Assembly (NCBI GenBank): GCA_951406725.2
Contig: OX597819.1
Span: forward strand, 97,464,001 to 97,528,000
Direction: 5' to 3'
DNA length: 64,000 nt
From: Octopus vulgaris
Taxonomy: Eukaryota
Shown: one piece after another, positions 12,296 to 26,237 of the stretch
How positions within the stretch are numbered: position 1 is the first letter of the stretch
Layout: every line of letters begins with the position of its first letter
Made by a program: the position numbers and the translations under genes
The notes under the pieces: generated by a model
The model's database searches: none
What the model was told of the DNA's origin: nothing
Seen by the model: only the letters and a program-made list of their open reading frames with translations

Positions 12296-15200
12296 CAAAA
12301 TTGTTAGGGAAACAAGTTTGATCATATACAACTGTACTACAGTGAGCAGGGTGTGTCCTACTTTGATAATTTGCCTTCCATAAATTGGATATATTATTGC
12401 CAAAGTTAAGTTATTTTTCCGAGTTAAGATGAAAAGTGGGCTTCATTTATTGTAAGTCTAGGATTTAGTGTGAATTGGGTTACACATATTGTAAAGGGGA
12501 ATAAATACGGCAATACTAACAATTGGCTGAAATACTTTATGGTTGAGGAAGTCATCAGTCTAGTGTTGAATATTTGTGTTATAACCTCTTACAATGGCCC
12601 TCTCAAATATACAAATCCTCTCTTTAACTTTTGTCAGTCAAGATAAGACCCCAATCTCGTTTTAGGCTTGGCCATGTTAAGTTTGCTTTGTGATTGTGAT
12701 TTCAGGTTCAACTCTAGTACATCACATTTTGGACAAGTGTCTTCTATCACAACCTTGGGTTTGACACCATATATTACTCAGATTTTGGTAAACAAACATC
12801 GTGGAAGATTGGAGGGGCTGTAACTGTACTCTAACCAGGTCTTACCCAGTTTCTTCCTGCTAGTGCCATAGATCTTGTGAAAAAAATCTTCCTTCTTTGT
12901 AAACAAATCTAGCTAGGAGAATGAAACAATCCACTCAGTCAATAGTAGCAGAATTATAGAAGAGTCATACAATAATTTCAATCAATTCCATCTCCATAAA
13001 ATAAGGCAAAAGAGAGTGCAAAAAATCCCAACATCAGAAAATGAAAGCTAGTAAATTATCTACTGAAACGTTTCAGTATGTATTCTGCGAGATTTACATT
13101 ATCTAAAGTAGGACATTCTATCTTTCTTTGAAAGGACTTTTAAGTAATTTTTGTCAGAATTGGAATACCCTAACTTAGGTCTCATTTCTTCACTGTTTGG
13201 TGACTGATATTGTAGGGGTGTAGATTATTTTTCTTAAATTACTTTTTGAAATTTCATCTTTTAAAATTTATCTGTAACTAAAGATAAACTGCTTAAAGTA
13301 TATTTGGGAATTGCTCACAAAATTTAATATGGTTTTCTGCAAAATTTTCATAAATTTTAATGTTTGTACTGTGATATACACACAGCCTAAACATTTTACA
13401 TGGAGGGACACTGCATTTACTGGAACTTTGAGTAATTTGGGGACAGAAATTCTGCTGTATGAAACAATTGTTTCAAACAACTTTGATATCTATAAAAAAA
13501 GAAAAAAAAAAAATATTCTGAACAAGTCTAAATTCATGATTTAAAAAAAATTCAATTGAACCATTTACACCATGTACTGTGAGCAGAAATATAATGAATG
13601 GGTTAAAACCTAAAACTAATTTAATCTTTTGTACAGTATAAAGGCATTATTAAGAATGTCAGAAACGAAATATGTTTTATAAAAGGTTACCGACCAGGTA
13701 TTATGGATGGGAGAGAAGACTATTCCATATGAAAGCAAAATAGGAGTCACTTAGAGCCCAAAAAGTAAGACGTTAGTAAAGCTATTTGTTAAAGAGAAAG
13801 GTGAAAGTTCCAGCATTGCTCAGTATTTATCCAAATTCTTGCACTTAGTTCATGAGTTATTTCCCCTTAGCACATGTAAAATGTCAAATTATAATCTCGA
13901 CATATTTCTCTGAAAATTTCAATTGGTGCAGATTTATACCATGCTGACAAGAATTAATAGACTGGAATATGTCGGTATTTGTGACCCTTGCCACAACGAT
14001 CAGGTTTTCCCTTAACACGTAAATTAATTTTGAGAAAGTATCTCCCTGTAGTGTTTGATTTTTCTTTTTCTTCTAATAGAACATTTGAATAAAGAATTCT
14101 GCATCAAGCATTGATTACATCACTTCAGGATGATTGATGTCAAGTAGTTTAGGAGGGTGTTATACCAAAAGACTGGTATAACAGCATTATAAGGTATGGG
14201 GGGAAAGTATTTAGTCAATAAAGTCCAGGTGAAATTAGCAGGTAGTGCTAATTATTCATGGTACATGGAATTACAATAGTTGTATTTCAAATGAGTCCAT
14301 TATAATGAAAGGTTCTTAGCCATGAATTAATTCTAATTTGCATGAAATATTAAAAAAAAATTCAGCTTGGAGAAAGGGATTGTATCTATAGCTTTCCCAG
14401 ACCCACTAAGTTCAGTGAGGTAAGTAATGAATTCCAGAGTGGAGAGTTCTCACACTTTCATTCAAGCAGAGTGCCGTTTGTAGTAGAGACAGCAAATGTG
14501 AGGACCAAAAGGGGAGTGTGTTGCTAATCAGTTGTATGCCACTTTTTGGATATGATCTAAAATATGTGTGTAGTAGCAGAGTATGTGGCTTAGGTGTTTT
14601 CTGGCTCTGAAGGCAAAAACCAATCCTTGTTATGCAGACTTTGCAGTATTGAGAAGGGGTTGCCAAGAGGCATCCTTAGTGATAGTAAAATCAAGGATTT
14701 GTAGCAACTGAGGTGTCTTGTTGTACGTTTAAGATGGGTGAAGTTTGATATTTTCATGATATGAGTAACAATGTCTGACAAGATTGGCAAGGCCCCACTG
14801 AAGAATACTTTTGGTATAAGGTGTCTCAGTTGCACATGGATGATCCTTGGGTGTGGAAAATGATAGAAGATTGAAGGGTGATACCATCTACTTAAAAGTG
14901 AGTGCTGTTGGCTGGAGGTCAACAGTAGGTGGATAAATAATGTAAGAGAAAAAGAGCTTGAAGGGAAAAAATAGAACCTTGAGGTACAACAGCCAGACAG
15001 TATGGGTCAAATAGAATTCCACCAATACATGCTTTGATGGTGCAATTATGACAGGAACCCTCAGTCCAAGAGACAAGTTTGGGTGGAGCCCACAGCAATT
15101 AATTCAGTTAGGAGTATCACATAGATATAACTGAATACTATGGTTGTCACAAGAAACAACAGCATTTTCACCAAATTTTCAGAAGATTAGAGCCCACATG

Positions 15201-16540
15201 TAAATGACAGAAGAGAGCAGATCTATAGATCTGGTTTTACTGAAGCCATATTGATGGTGTTTAATGGGCAAGAAGCATCCATTGCATTTTGAATGATAGT
15301 CTTGCAAGAACTGCAATGGGTGATGTTCTCTAAGGCTGTGTTCTTAGCCTTAAACTACTGCAATGTAACTGAATATAAAAGGGGATTTAAGGTCATTGTT
15401 TTGGTTGTGTACATGTGTGTGATGTAGAGGTACATATGAAAGAGAATGCTTTCAGCCTTTGCTAGGAGTTGATTTGAATGTTTGCCTTAGAGTGAAACCT
15501 GTTAAAGGCAGCCATATAGGCTAGAAAGCAGTGTTAACCTGGGAGACATAACATAGCTACAAAGAAACAGCAGCCTCAATGTGACCACTTGACTCAACAG
15601 AGAAAGCAGAACTATTATGAACAATATACCACAAGGCACATGATAAAGCAGGGTCAAACAGTAATGCATCAGCAGTGTAAAAATTAGTTTGAAGGAAGTG
15701 GAATGAGAGAGAGAGCCTTTGTCAACAGCTGTGTCAAACCAAGTCAAGTGGAGAGAGAGAAAAAGAGAAAAATAATGAGAGAAGGAAGTGTGAATGTATC
15801 AGAGGAATAGAAAGAGTGAGACCAGCAGGTAGATTATTGACTCCCTCATATTTACCGTTAATAACAGGAAATTATTTAAGCAATCTGTAAATAAATTCAA
15901 TAATTATAACCAACGAAAATTTCAAGTGTATCATTGTCTTTTCCTCTTAGAATTAAAATGGTTGTCAATAAAACGGGTTGAAGAGACATGGAGAGGCATT
16001 CATTTTAGGTAGATCTGCCGACACCTTGCCTTTGTGCATCCTTGCAAGATGGACAGATCTACTTCTCACAGTAAAATAAAGAAACACAAAAGTCCCTAGA
16101 AAGAGGAGAAATAAATGCAAATTAATGGTAAATCAGTTTAATAATGATATCGAAGGATGCAATGAGGAGATATTTACACACAAAGAAACCTTAACTAGCA
16201 CAAGAGGTAACAGAATCGGAGAAAATATGAAATGACAGTGAATTCTGGAGGGGTTTCAAATGAATTTGTGCATTTTATATCAAACCATTCTTTTCAAATA
16301 GGAGTCTCTAATGCTCAAAAAGTATGCAGGCATATGTATATATATACATACATGTATGTATATATATATATTTATGCTTACATGCATGGATATCTATACA
16401 TACACACAGAAGATGCACAATTCAAACAGATTCTAAAATTGAAATGTATATAGATAGGGAAGAAGTAGAAGTAAAAAGCTGAGGTGGAAATTTTCAGTGG
16501 ATACGAGAGTTGTTTTGATTGCTTCAGTTGTGCTTTTTTT

Positions 16541-16546
16541 TTTATT
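16541..16546 (-). terminator. Candidate polyadenylation signal of the ORF-B transcript
   Basis: tttatt on + (AATAAA on -) about 145 nt after the TGA at 16690. Confidence 0.45.
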
Positions 16547-16689
16547 GTATTTCAAACAAGAACTTTTTTTTTAAGTGTTTCTTCCTTTCATGTTATGAAT
16601 CCTTTGAGCTAATTAAAACCAAATTAAACCAGCAAAGTGGTGTTTGGTTTGTTAAAAATGGATGAAGCAGAATTTGTAATAAAACTGGT

Positions 16690-17189
16690 TCATGTGAGTG
16701 GCAGAGTGTTTGGTGCATTGAGTGTAGCTTGAGCAAGAATGTTGATAGCAGTGAGATCTGCTTCAGTCAGTTCAGTGCCACCACTTGAGGTACACTCAAC
16801 CTCATATTCAACTTGGTTAGGAGCAATAAAAAACAAAGGTGCTTCAACACTCTGCTCAACACTTTCAGTGGCTCGTGCTGTCTCGGTTGGGTCCTGTATC
16901 TGTTCTTCATTTTGGACAAGTTCAGCAGCAACCCAAGTTTCTTGTTGATCTGGAGTGACAGCAGCAGTGGCATCAGAAGTAAATACAGAATAGGTGTTCG
17001 AACCAACAGTTATCTTAAGCTGAGGACATGGCAAGTCAGGCTTCTTTCGTTTAGGTGCAGGGTATATTTCTCCTGTGTGCTGAGCTGCATGGCTACGTAG
17101 ATATTCTTTCCGTAAAAAGCGTCGACCACAATGCTGGCACTCATAGCGTTTCAAACCCATGTGGGCCTCAATATGGCGCTTCAGACTCC
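16690..17189 (-). CDS. ORF-B exon 14 (last): end of ZF5, ZF6, basic NLS-like motif, acidic tail
   Basis: Acceptor ttttag|GG. Translates RSLKRHIEAHMGLKRYECQHCGRRFLRKEYLRSHAAQHTGE..PKRKKP..PLT*. Confidence 0.92.
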
Positions 17190-17588
17190 CTAAAAAGATA
17201 AAGAAAAAAATGGCATTTAATGAATAAAATTATGATATCATTTTAGATAATTAATTTAAGTAAGCTGATTACAAAACACTTGTGTACACATCATAAAGAG
17301 AACAGTGTCCTGGTAACTGTTCACCACTAAATCCTAAAGTCGATGTGGTATCAACTAAACAGACAGAGGCATGCAGAGCACTCTGCCTCTCATAACCAAA
17401 AGACAGTAGCAAATAACTATTTTCTAACTTTTTACTCTATGGCTTGTATCTAAACATCACAGCTCTTGTTTAACATAAAAATAAATTTAGCAAACTAAAC
17501 ACCTTCCTCCAATTAACTCAACACTTTTAACATATACTTCATACAGAAAAAGGCAGCAGTAGAGAAGATCAAGTATTCTATTACTTAC

Positions 17589-17803
17589 TCATTGCAGTGA
17601 ACACACGGCTGCATTCTGCACATTTGTAAACTTTAGGAACTGCAGGATGCTTGGCTTCCATATGTGCATTCAAACGACTATCAGAAGCAAATGGTCGATT
17701 GCATATTTCACACTTCCGCATCTGATCCTTGTCTTTTTCATGAACTGACATATGAGCTAAAAGAGACTGGGTCCTGGGGAAACCTTTACCACAAACACTG
17801 CAC
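17589..17803 (-). CDS. ORF-B exon 13: C2H2 ZF3, ZF4, start of ZF5 (absent from ORF track)
   Basis: tttgcag|G..A|gtaagt, 215 nt. Translates CSVCGKGFPRTQSLLAHMSVHEKDKDQMRKCEICNRPFASDSRLNAHMEAKHPAVPKVYKCAECSRVFTAM; phases 2 and 1 fit its neighbours. Confidence 0.92.
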
Positions 17804-18689
17804 CTGCAAATTGGAGGTCAAAGATATTTTCACTATACACAAATAGAAAAAATTGGAAACACTTTAAATGAACTTTTATTGGAAACTCTCAACAAATATA
17901 TGGGAGTCAATATTCTATTAGACAAAGTAGCATGCCATGTGTGAGTGCACATACTATTTTGTATATATACACCAAAATACATGTGATTATACATAAACCA
18001 CTACATCTGAGCAACAGTATATGCGTATTAAAATACACCACAAGCACTCAGTCCACTCTGTGGGGTGGTTGGTATTAGGAAAGGCATCCAGCTGTAAAAA
18101 CCATGCCAAAAACAAACACAGTAGCCTGGAGTAGTCTTCAACCTGGCCAGCAGATGTTAAACAAAGATTATATATATACACACATACACACATATATGTG
18201 GAAGATTATTACCTCACTTATAAACAGGTGGGGTTAATGACAGGAAGAGCAACCTGATTTAGAAAACTCTACCTCCAACACACACTCACCTAACCCATGC
18301 AAGCATGGAAAAGTAGATGTTAAAATGATGATTATATGCACAGTCTACTGAACTGAAAATTACTACCATCCAAGTGCTTCCTTCCTCTATCCTTCACCTG
18401 TCACATCCTGCATGTCATGTTATACAGGGTCAAGGAAGGGATGGTTGAAAGGATGTTTATGCTTGCTTACAACTACATAAGCTTCCAAAACAATTAGTGC
18501 AAGCATGGTACATGCTGCCAAGTTATACTTGGTTGCAAGTGATGGCTCATCATCATCATAATCTAACATTTGTTTTCCATGCTGGCAAACCAGAGAGCCA
18601 CACTAAGCTCTATTGGTATAGATTTTACTTTGCTAGGTGGGTCTTCTCAAACACAACATCGCCAGTTGCTTCAGTCATTCATCATCATC

Positions 18690-18990
18690 TCTGTGAAGCT
18701 CAGCATCCTAAGGTCATTTCTCACTTCATCTCATGCCTTCCTGGGTCTTCTCTTTCCACAGGTTCCCTCCACATTTAGAGATCAGCATTATTTTTTGTAG
18801 CTGCCCTCATCCATACTCATAACATGGCCAATACCAGTGCAGTCTTCTCTCTTGCATACTGCAGCTGAGGTCTTTTATACCTAATTTATTTCTCAATACA
18901 TTTACACTTTGTCATTGTTTATCCAGTGGAGCATGCTGACTTCATTTCATTCAAGCTTTCACATGTCCTCTGCAGTCAAAGCCCATGGGG
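18690..18990 (-). mobile_element. Degraded RTE LINE 3' fragment
   Basis: Similar by eye to the RTE fragments at 36850-37495 and 53690-54335 (catgccttcctgggtctt..tcctctgcagtcaaagcccatg). Confidence 0.6.
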
Positions 18991-19173
18991 GAAGGAAATG
19001 ATACAATGGATAGCATAACCTTCAAAACAGTATGCTGGCAGAAGAGAAAAGGAAGGGCAGACAGAGAGGGATGGAACGCCTTTTATCAAAGGTTTGTTGG
19101 ATCAAGCTTGACTGGAAGTTAAACAGCAACAACAGTTACAACATGCAACAGTCCTGATACAAATTCTACTTAC

Positions 19174-19294
19174 AGATATGGTTTCTCTCCTGTGTGACGT
19201 CTCATGTGGATACGAACATATTTCCGTTCAGTAAATCGCTTGCCACAGACATCACAACCAAAAGGTTTTTGACCAGAGTGTGTACTCATATGAA
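19174..19294 (-). CDS. ORF-B exon 12: end of ZF1, ZF2, TGEKPY linker (absent from ORF track)
   Basis: gccag|TT..CT|gtaagt, 121 nt. Translates [41 protein letters not shown]. Confidence 0.93.
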
Positions 19295-21020
19295 CTGGCA
19301 AAAGAAAAATGAGATCATATCAACACTAAACACTACACCACAGCACAATAACATTGTCCTACTGTCATCAAAGTACAATAACACAATTCCATTGTCCTCA
19401 TAATACAATAATTTTGTACTATTGTCACCATAGTTCAGTAACATAGTCTCACTGTCACAACTCTGCCAGGATGGTCATGCTTGGAACCTCTTTTATCACA
19501 AGAACAACATGCAGCTAAACAATAAATCCACAAAGGGAGGGATACACATGTCACAAAAATGTATACAGATACACACATTAAAATAAGTGGTATACAACCT
19601 ACATTATTAGTATACACACACCTTGGAGTTTTACAATGAAAAAATTATAGCAATACATATGCATATAGCACTCACCCACCCTGTACAAATCATCATCATC
19701 ATCATTTAATATCTGTTGTCCATGGGTTGGACAGTTTGACCAGGGCTAGCAAGCTAGAAGGCTGCACCAGATTCCAGTCTGATTTGGCATGGCCTTTTAT
19801 TATAGTCCTGGTGTATAGGTGCAGGCATGGCAAGTAGTTAATAAGTTTGCTTCTCAACCACATGGTTTCAGGTTCAGCCCCACTGTGTGGCATCTAAAGT
19901 TAAGTGTCTTCTACTATAGCTCCAAGCTGATCAAAGCCTTGTGAGTGGATGGAAAGTGAAAGAAATTCATTGTATATGTGTGTGTGTGTGTTTGTGGGGG
20001 GCTTGTCTCAACATCATGAGATAGCTGTAAATGAGTGTTACCATCATATAAGCAAAATCAGTCATTTCTCATATTCTGTGAAAAAATGCCTGGTCATGAA
20101 TAAATATTATCTGCTTGGAAACAGGTGATGGATGGTATCAGAAAGGGCATCTGATAGTAGAAGCTTCAATAAACTCCATCCATGCAAGCATTGGAAAAGT
20201 GGATGTTAAAATGATGATGATGATAATGAAAGTGAAAGAAACCCATCATAAGTGTGCATGTGTCCTTATCTTGAAGTATAATAGTTGTAAATAAGTGACA
20301 TCATTAGACAACTGATATTATTTATTTCCGATTTTCTATGAAAACATATCTATAATATTACCTTGCTTGGAAATAGGTTAGGGTTAGCAACAGAAAAGGC
20401 ATCTGACCATAGAAATCTGGTCTAATGAATGCTGTTTGACCAATGTAAGCAAGGAAAAATGGACATTAAAATGAAAAGAAAAAAAATTATGTATATACAT
20501 GTATGTATGTATGTGTGCATGTATATTTATTTACATTTGAGTGGTTGGCATTAGGAAGGGCATCCAGCTGTAGAAAATCTGCCAGATCAAGACTGGAACC
20601 TGGTGTAGCCATCTGGTTCGCCAGTCCTCAGACAAATCATCCAACCCATGCTAGCATGGGAAGCAGACGTTAAACGATGATGATTTGCATGTTTCCAAAA
20701 ATTACTCAGTTACAGGCCATCTGTGGGCTTGCAACTTTGAAGATGTGTGGAATAAGACGTCCATATGCCTTGCTTGAAAAACAAGAAAGAATTATTGAAA
20801 AGAAAGGCATCTGGCTGTAAAACAATGCCTCAATAATAGATAATAATCTAGCAGAGAAAAAAAACTAAAGACCAAATGAACATACACATACACTTTACAA
20901 TATGGGACTGTAGAAAGTCGAACACAACTCACAATAAGAGATTTTACACACACACACACACACACAAATACACATATGTATGCAGATACTTTTTATAACA
21001 AGATAAAGAGATATACTCAC

Positions 21021-21891
21021 CTTGCAATGTTACAGGGCCTCCAAACATTAAGCCACAAATATTACAAGCAAGCTGCTTCTTCCGTTTCATACGCTTCCCT
21101 TTAGTTTTCTTTGTTAAAAATGTCTTACTGTCTACCATGGTGGTATTTTCAGTCTGGGTGCCTTCCACTGTTTCTTCAAATTCTTCAGCTTCAGCCAGTT
21201 CAATTTCCTTGACAATCTCTTCAGCTTTTGTCATCTCCACATCACCTTCAACTGTTGACACAATAGTTTCTTGTATCTTGCTCTCTGCTGCATTCTGTCT
21301 CCTCTGAATCATTGAAGTTAATGCAGACACATCATCAGCTATATGGATGTCATTAACATCAGGTTTTATATTGTCGACAGCATTCTGCACCTCTTCACTC
21401 AAGTGATCTTCGACAGTCTTTTCTGGTACATGTACAGTAACACTCTTTTGTTGGCGCCGTGAAGTTTGATTTTTAATTGTTTCAATGTTCACCTTCTTTA
21501 CAATTGTCTTTGGTTGATCCAGTTCCACATCATCGACCTCATCAAGATTGTCGCTGTCCTCTGTGTTACAAGCAACCTCATTGTAAGTCTTAACACAAGG
21601 TGACAAAACCTCAATTGTTTTACTGGAATCGGTGATCTCCTGTGGCAGAATAGCATTGCTCTCTGCTAGAGTTGTTTCTTCTGGTTGTGCTGTTATATTG
21701 TCCGGTTCCACAACCTGTACTGCATTTAAGAAGACATCTTCTATATTACTTTCTTCCTGACTGGTCAGTGTCTTTGTTTCAAGCTCCCCTGTTGGAGGTG
21801 GGGAAGGACTCTTCACTTTAAGACCAACAGATGTCAGCACTGTTGCATCTGCCTCTTTTTCACCTTTTAGCTCAACTGTCTGCTCTAAACT
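21021..21891 (-). CDS. ORF-B exon 11: long acidic/disordered linker, basic patch, start of ZF1
   Basis: ttatttcag|AGT..CAAG|gtgagt, 871 nt open frame ending KKTKGKRMKRKKQLACNICGLMFGGPVTLQ. Confidence 0.9.
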
Positions 21892-22623
21892 CTGAAATAA
21901 ACAACAATAATTATTAGAGAATCAGAAATAACATTACTTGATCTTCCTGATTTATTACAAGAGTCAAAACATAACTGAACTAAATGCTTTAGCTGGTTAG
22001 CTAAATAATTCCATGTATTGGTCAATGTCACTATGAGAACCACAACAGCAAAACACAAAGTAATGTACATGGTTGGTTACATAGATTTTTTACTGCAATT
22101 CTTTCTGAAAAGTTTGGAGAAATCATGTTATACTATCTTTCAAAGTTATAGTATTGTAGTTTTATGATTTCTGTATGTGATTTTTGCATTATTGTATAAC
22201 CAAGACATGGTTTTCCAGTTCACCCAAGAGGTCGGTAAATAGGAATAAAGAACTGATTCAACTCAAAGTATGATAAACAGCCTAACTCATGCCAGCATGA
22301 AAAACAGACTTAAATGATATGTTGTCCTTAATTGTATGCCATAAGGCTGCTTTGTGCATGTGCTTGAGTCTGCAGACATGTATTACACTAACTAGTTGTT
22401 TCTGTGAGTGTCTAATAATAAACCACCCAATAACTGTTTATAGAATTTATTTATCTATTTATAGTATTTATGTGTGTATGTGTATATGAATGAATGAATG
22501 AATGCATGTATGTTTTGTATGCTTGAATGAATCATTTAGCACATAAATATGGTTAGATTTTCATGGGGTAGATAAACAATTTTGAAGTGAATGCCTGTCT
22601 AAATGTAAAGGGTATAACACAAA

Positions 22624-22855
22624 GGCGGCGAGCTGGCAGAAACGTTAGCGCGCCGGGCGAAATGCTTAGCAGTATTTCGTCTGCAGTTACGTTGTGAGCT
22701 CAAATTCCGCCGAGGTCGACTTTGCCTTTCATCCTTTCAGGGTCAATTAAATAAGTACCAGTTACGCACTGGGGTCGAAGTAATCGACTTAATACCTATG
22801 TCTGTCCTTGTTTGTCCCCTCTATGTTTAGCCCCCTGTGGGTAATAAAGAAATAG
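22624..22855 (+). mobile_element. SINE family 1, near full length, CpG retained (young)
   Basis: ggcggcgagctggcagaaacgttagcgcgccgggcg..gagctcaaattcc (B-box like)..gtcgactttgcctttcatcc. Confidence 0.85.
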
Positions 22856-22911
22856 GTATAACACATGTGAATTGTGAATACATTATGAAATGGTTGAGGC
22901 CATCTACTTAC

Positions 22912-23111
22912 AATGAAAGGACTGATATCCATTTGGAAGAACTCGGCAAACTTAGAGAGTTTCTCTTCTTGAGATTTAAGTTTCTTATCTTCAGGGAAGA
23001 CTCGCGTTAAACAACATTTATCAAGGAATTCTTTCAGATCACGATTCATTCCAATCCAATAGTAGCTACCATGCAGGAGTTCTTTGGTCCGTTCCACACC
23101 ACGATGGATAC
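22912..23111 (-). CDS. ORF-B exon 10: second half of H2C2 module 3
   Basis: ctccag|GT..ATT|gtaagt. Translates GIHRGVERTKELLHGSYYWIGMNRDLKEFLDKCCLTR, the integrase H2C2 pattern GxHxGxxxT..YYWxGMxxD. Confidence 0.9.
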
Positions 23112-24546
23112 CTGGAGTAAGGAAATGGTTAAGTACTGGTTTAACTCTACACATTGGATAAGTGGGTATGGTATGTACTCAGTTCACTCTATTCATAGTG
23201 GATACAAGATTAAATTATTTCATATTATCAATATGATAATTTTATACTTCACTCTCTCCAGTTTTGGACAACACACAAAACTGTCAAAGTCACAACATAT
23301 GCTAGGCCCCACAACCTCTGATTATCATTCCTAGTGACTCTAAATATATAACATAGACAACACTGACTGAAAGAATAATTGTCTGCTTCAGGACCAGAAA
23401 ATATTTCAGCTCTGATCAAATGCTTCTTATGCACAAGCCAAAGTGACCACCTTTAAAAGAAAACCAACAACTGGCAAAGAGTTCTAGCCCATGGATACAT
23501 GGTCTCCTCTTCACCTTGTCTAACACTACTACAACCTGGCTATAATAATAAGAGCCTATGTTCCTCTCAACTAATTGATTACATCCCATCTACACTGAAA
23601 TCTAACCAAACTTCCAACATATTGGCAGCATGTAGCAAAGAAACCAGGACTACATTTTATAGAATTAACATCCAAGGAAAGGTAAAACAGTAAAGGTGGG
23701 AGTTGGGGTGACATAAGGATAAAAGTGGTCTTGGGTGGTGAAGGCATTTTTTGAGTATTTGAGAGGGACAACTGCTGTTGTAGTAGAGACAGAAAAGGTA
23801 GAGTGAAGAGAATTACTTAAATGACCTTCCTTTCAAAGTGGTTTCAGGTGTTTGCACTGCCCAGATGTGAGGGCTGCATTCAAATCTCTGGAGGCTTTTA
23901 ATTGATTAGCAACAGGTCTGTCATGTGTATAGGAGCAAGTATTATTAGGAAGTGACAACAACTGGTTGTTAATGTACAGGAAGAAAAGTATGAGAAAACA
24001 ACTGAACTTAAGGGCATATTAGAGTAGATACAGTGTGGGTCAGAGAAAGCTCCCAATCCCAAAAGTGAGAAATGGATAAAGTACATAGATAGGCAGTTTA
24101 GCAAGGTCTACTTTTCTTTAGAAACTCTTCTAATTTGGTTTAATTTAAATTTGTCGATATTTACTTTAAAGAGATACAAGTAAGAGGATAGTTTTTTCGG
24201 GAAATTGTGGGTGTATGGAAGACTTGGTAGTATTTCATATGGAATCTGGGAAGAAACAGTAACAGAGAGGAGATGTAGGGAACACAGCGAGAGACATCAC
24301 CACCTCCCTCATTTTTTTTTTTTGTTATTGATCAACAGGTTCTGACTACTCTGGTATTTGAGTTTGTTAAAATCAACATGCTGTTTCAATAGACAACTAA
24401 CCCGTTGGTGCACACCTTCTTTCCAGGTATGATTGGATCATGGCTACTCTATAATGGCTCTGTGCCCTTTTCCGAGTTTGACATTTAATAATTTTGGGAC
24501 TCACACACTCTGACTCCCGACACAGTAAACAACACTAACATATTAC

Positions 24547-24811
24547 CTGTTCTAAGAATGTGTGATTCTGTAACAGCATTTTGTTTCTCAGCTGCTGTCA
24601 TCAGAACTTTGCGTAAACGACCAATAGTTTGGTTTTCTGTGTAATATAACTGGCCACCATTAACACGATACTTTGGAGATTCTCTGTCAGCATAGTCATT
24701 TTCCTCAGTGGTTATGTCTGCTGGTTTAGCACCGGTCAAGTGGAACTGTTTGATAATCTCATACAACCTGATTTGGACTTCTTCATTCAATGGTTCTGGT
24801 TCTGCATCAGC
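24547..24811 (-). CDS. ORF-B exon 9: first half of GIN1-like module 3
   Basis: ttgtcag|GCT..ACAG|gtaata. Translates ADAEPEPLNEEVQIRLYEIIKQFHLTG..YRVNGGQLYY..LRKVLMTAAEKQNAVTESHILRTG. Confidence 0.88.
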
Positions 24812-25339
24812 CTGACAACAAAGCAGAACAACAATATTAGACCATGTCTAATGGTACAAGTACAGTAAATGTCAACAGTTACTTTAGACAATCTAGTTAG
24901 AAAAGAATTAATGGTTGATAAGGGTGGAGTGCTACCTACATTCAGAAAAGGATATAAGGTGAATATCAGAAATATTCTACAACTTGGAGAAATGCCACAC
25001 CACCAGTGTTCAGGACTAATCCCCACTGCTAGTGAGCAGGGTCACTCCACATTACCAGTGTCAAGAGTCACTCTACATGCTAGTGATTATTCACTATCAG
25101 GTGCCAGTAAGCTTTTGATAAATGCTTATGTTGACTACAGTAAATTGATTGTATAGGTGCAGCACATTCAAATGATTATGAAGTACACAGTCATGAGGCT
25201 CCAAGTTCAATCCCACAATGTGACATCTTGGATAAGTGAATTTAACAAGGCACCAGGTCAACCAAAACCTTGTAAGTGAAATTGGGTAAAAAGAGACTGT
25301 GTGATAGTCTATAGGATGGATTGCACCAGTAATTTGAAA

Positions 25340-25818
25340 GGCCCAGCAACCATAACCTGTGGCCTCTACATGGGATGTAGCCAGTCCACTTATGCATACC
25401 TTTCCTTCTTGGGACACAAAACTCTACTTGTGAAGACCTGTTGAGACAAGTGAAAATCGAAATCGATCAACATCAATGGAAATTGCAGCTGTGATACCAG
25501 TGCTGGTGGTACGTAAGAGAACCATTCGAACGTGGCCGTTGCCAGCACCGCCCCGACTGGCCTCATGCCGGTGGCACGTAAAAGTCACCATCCGATCGTG
25601 GCCGTTTGCCAGCCTCGTCTGGCACCTGTGCCGGTGGCACGTAAAAAGCACCCACTACACTCACGGAGTGGTTGGCGTTAGGAAGGGCATCCAGCTGTAG
25701 AAACATTGCCAGATCAGACTGGGCCTGGTGCAGCCTTCTGGCTTCCCAGACCCCAGTTGAACCGTCCAACCCACGCTAGCATGGAAAGTGGACGCTAAAC
25801 GATGATGATGATGATGAT
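25340..25818 (+). mobile_element. SINE family 3, long form
   Basis: Family core and (gat)n tail; 5' extension shared with 59250-59500 and 61675-61750. Confidence 0.8.
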
Positions 25819-26055
25819 GTGTCAAACTAAGTCCACCTGAAAACTACATTAAGGGTACACACATCTGTAGAATACTCAGCCACTTACACACTAACTTAAT
25901 GATGTATAAATAAGTTAATTGAAGAACTAAATACTTATTGTCAAAACCAATAAAAATTGACTAACTCTATTGATGGAGAGAAAGTGAGTGAGAGAGAAAG
26001 ACTGCTGTAACAAATACATTACCAAAACAGCAAGATGCGGAGAAGAAATACTTAC

Positions 26056-26237
26056 AGCCTTGACTAAATTCAAGAAACTTTCTTGAGCAGGGTTAGTGTC
26101 AGCTTCCGACTTCCTTCGCTCACTGCCATGTTCACAAACAGGACATGTCTTCACTAAGGCAGCACCATCCATTGTCATACCTTTCCAATAATAATCATTC
26201 AAGCGATCTAAAGTCCTTAATCGCCCCAAGTGAGTCC
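26056..26237 (-). CDS. ORF-B exon 8: second half of H2C2 module 2
   Basis: cttcctag|GG..GCT|gtaagt. Translates GTHLGRLRTLDRLNDYYWKGMTMDGAALVKTCPVCEH. Confidence 0.92.

Noticed and set aside
14400-15400. Possible ancient retroelement coding relic, similarly 40680-40960 and 60000-61600
   Set aside because: Only faint motif resemblance with many stops; cannot be assigned without a profile search.
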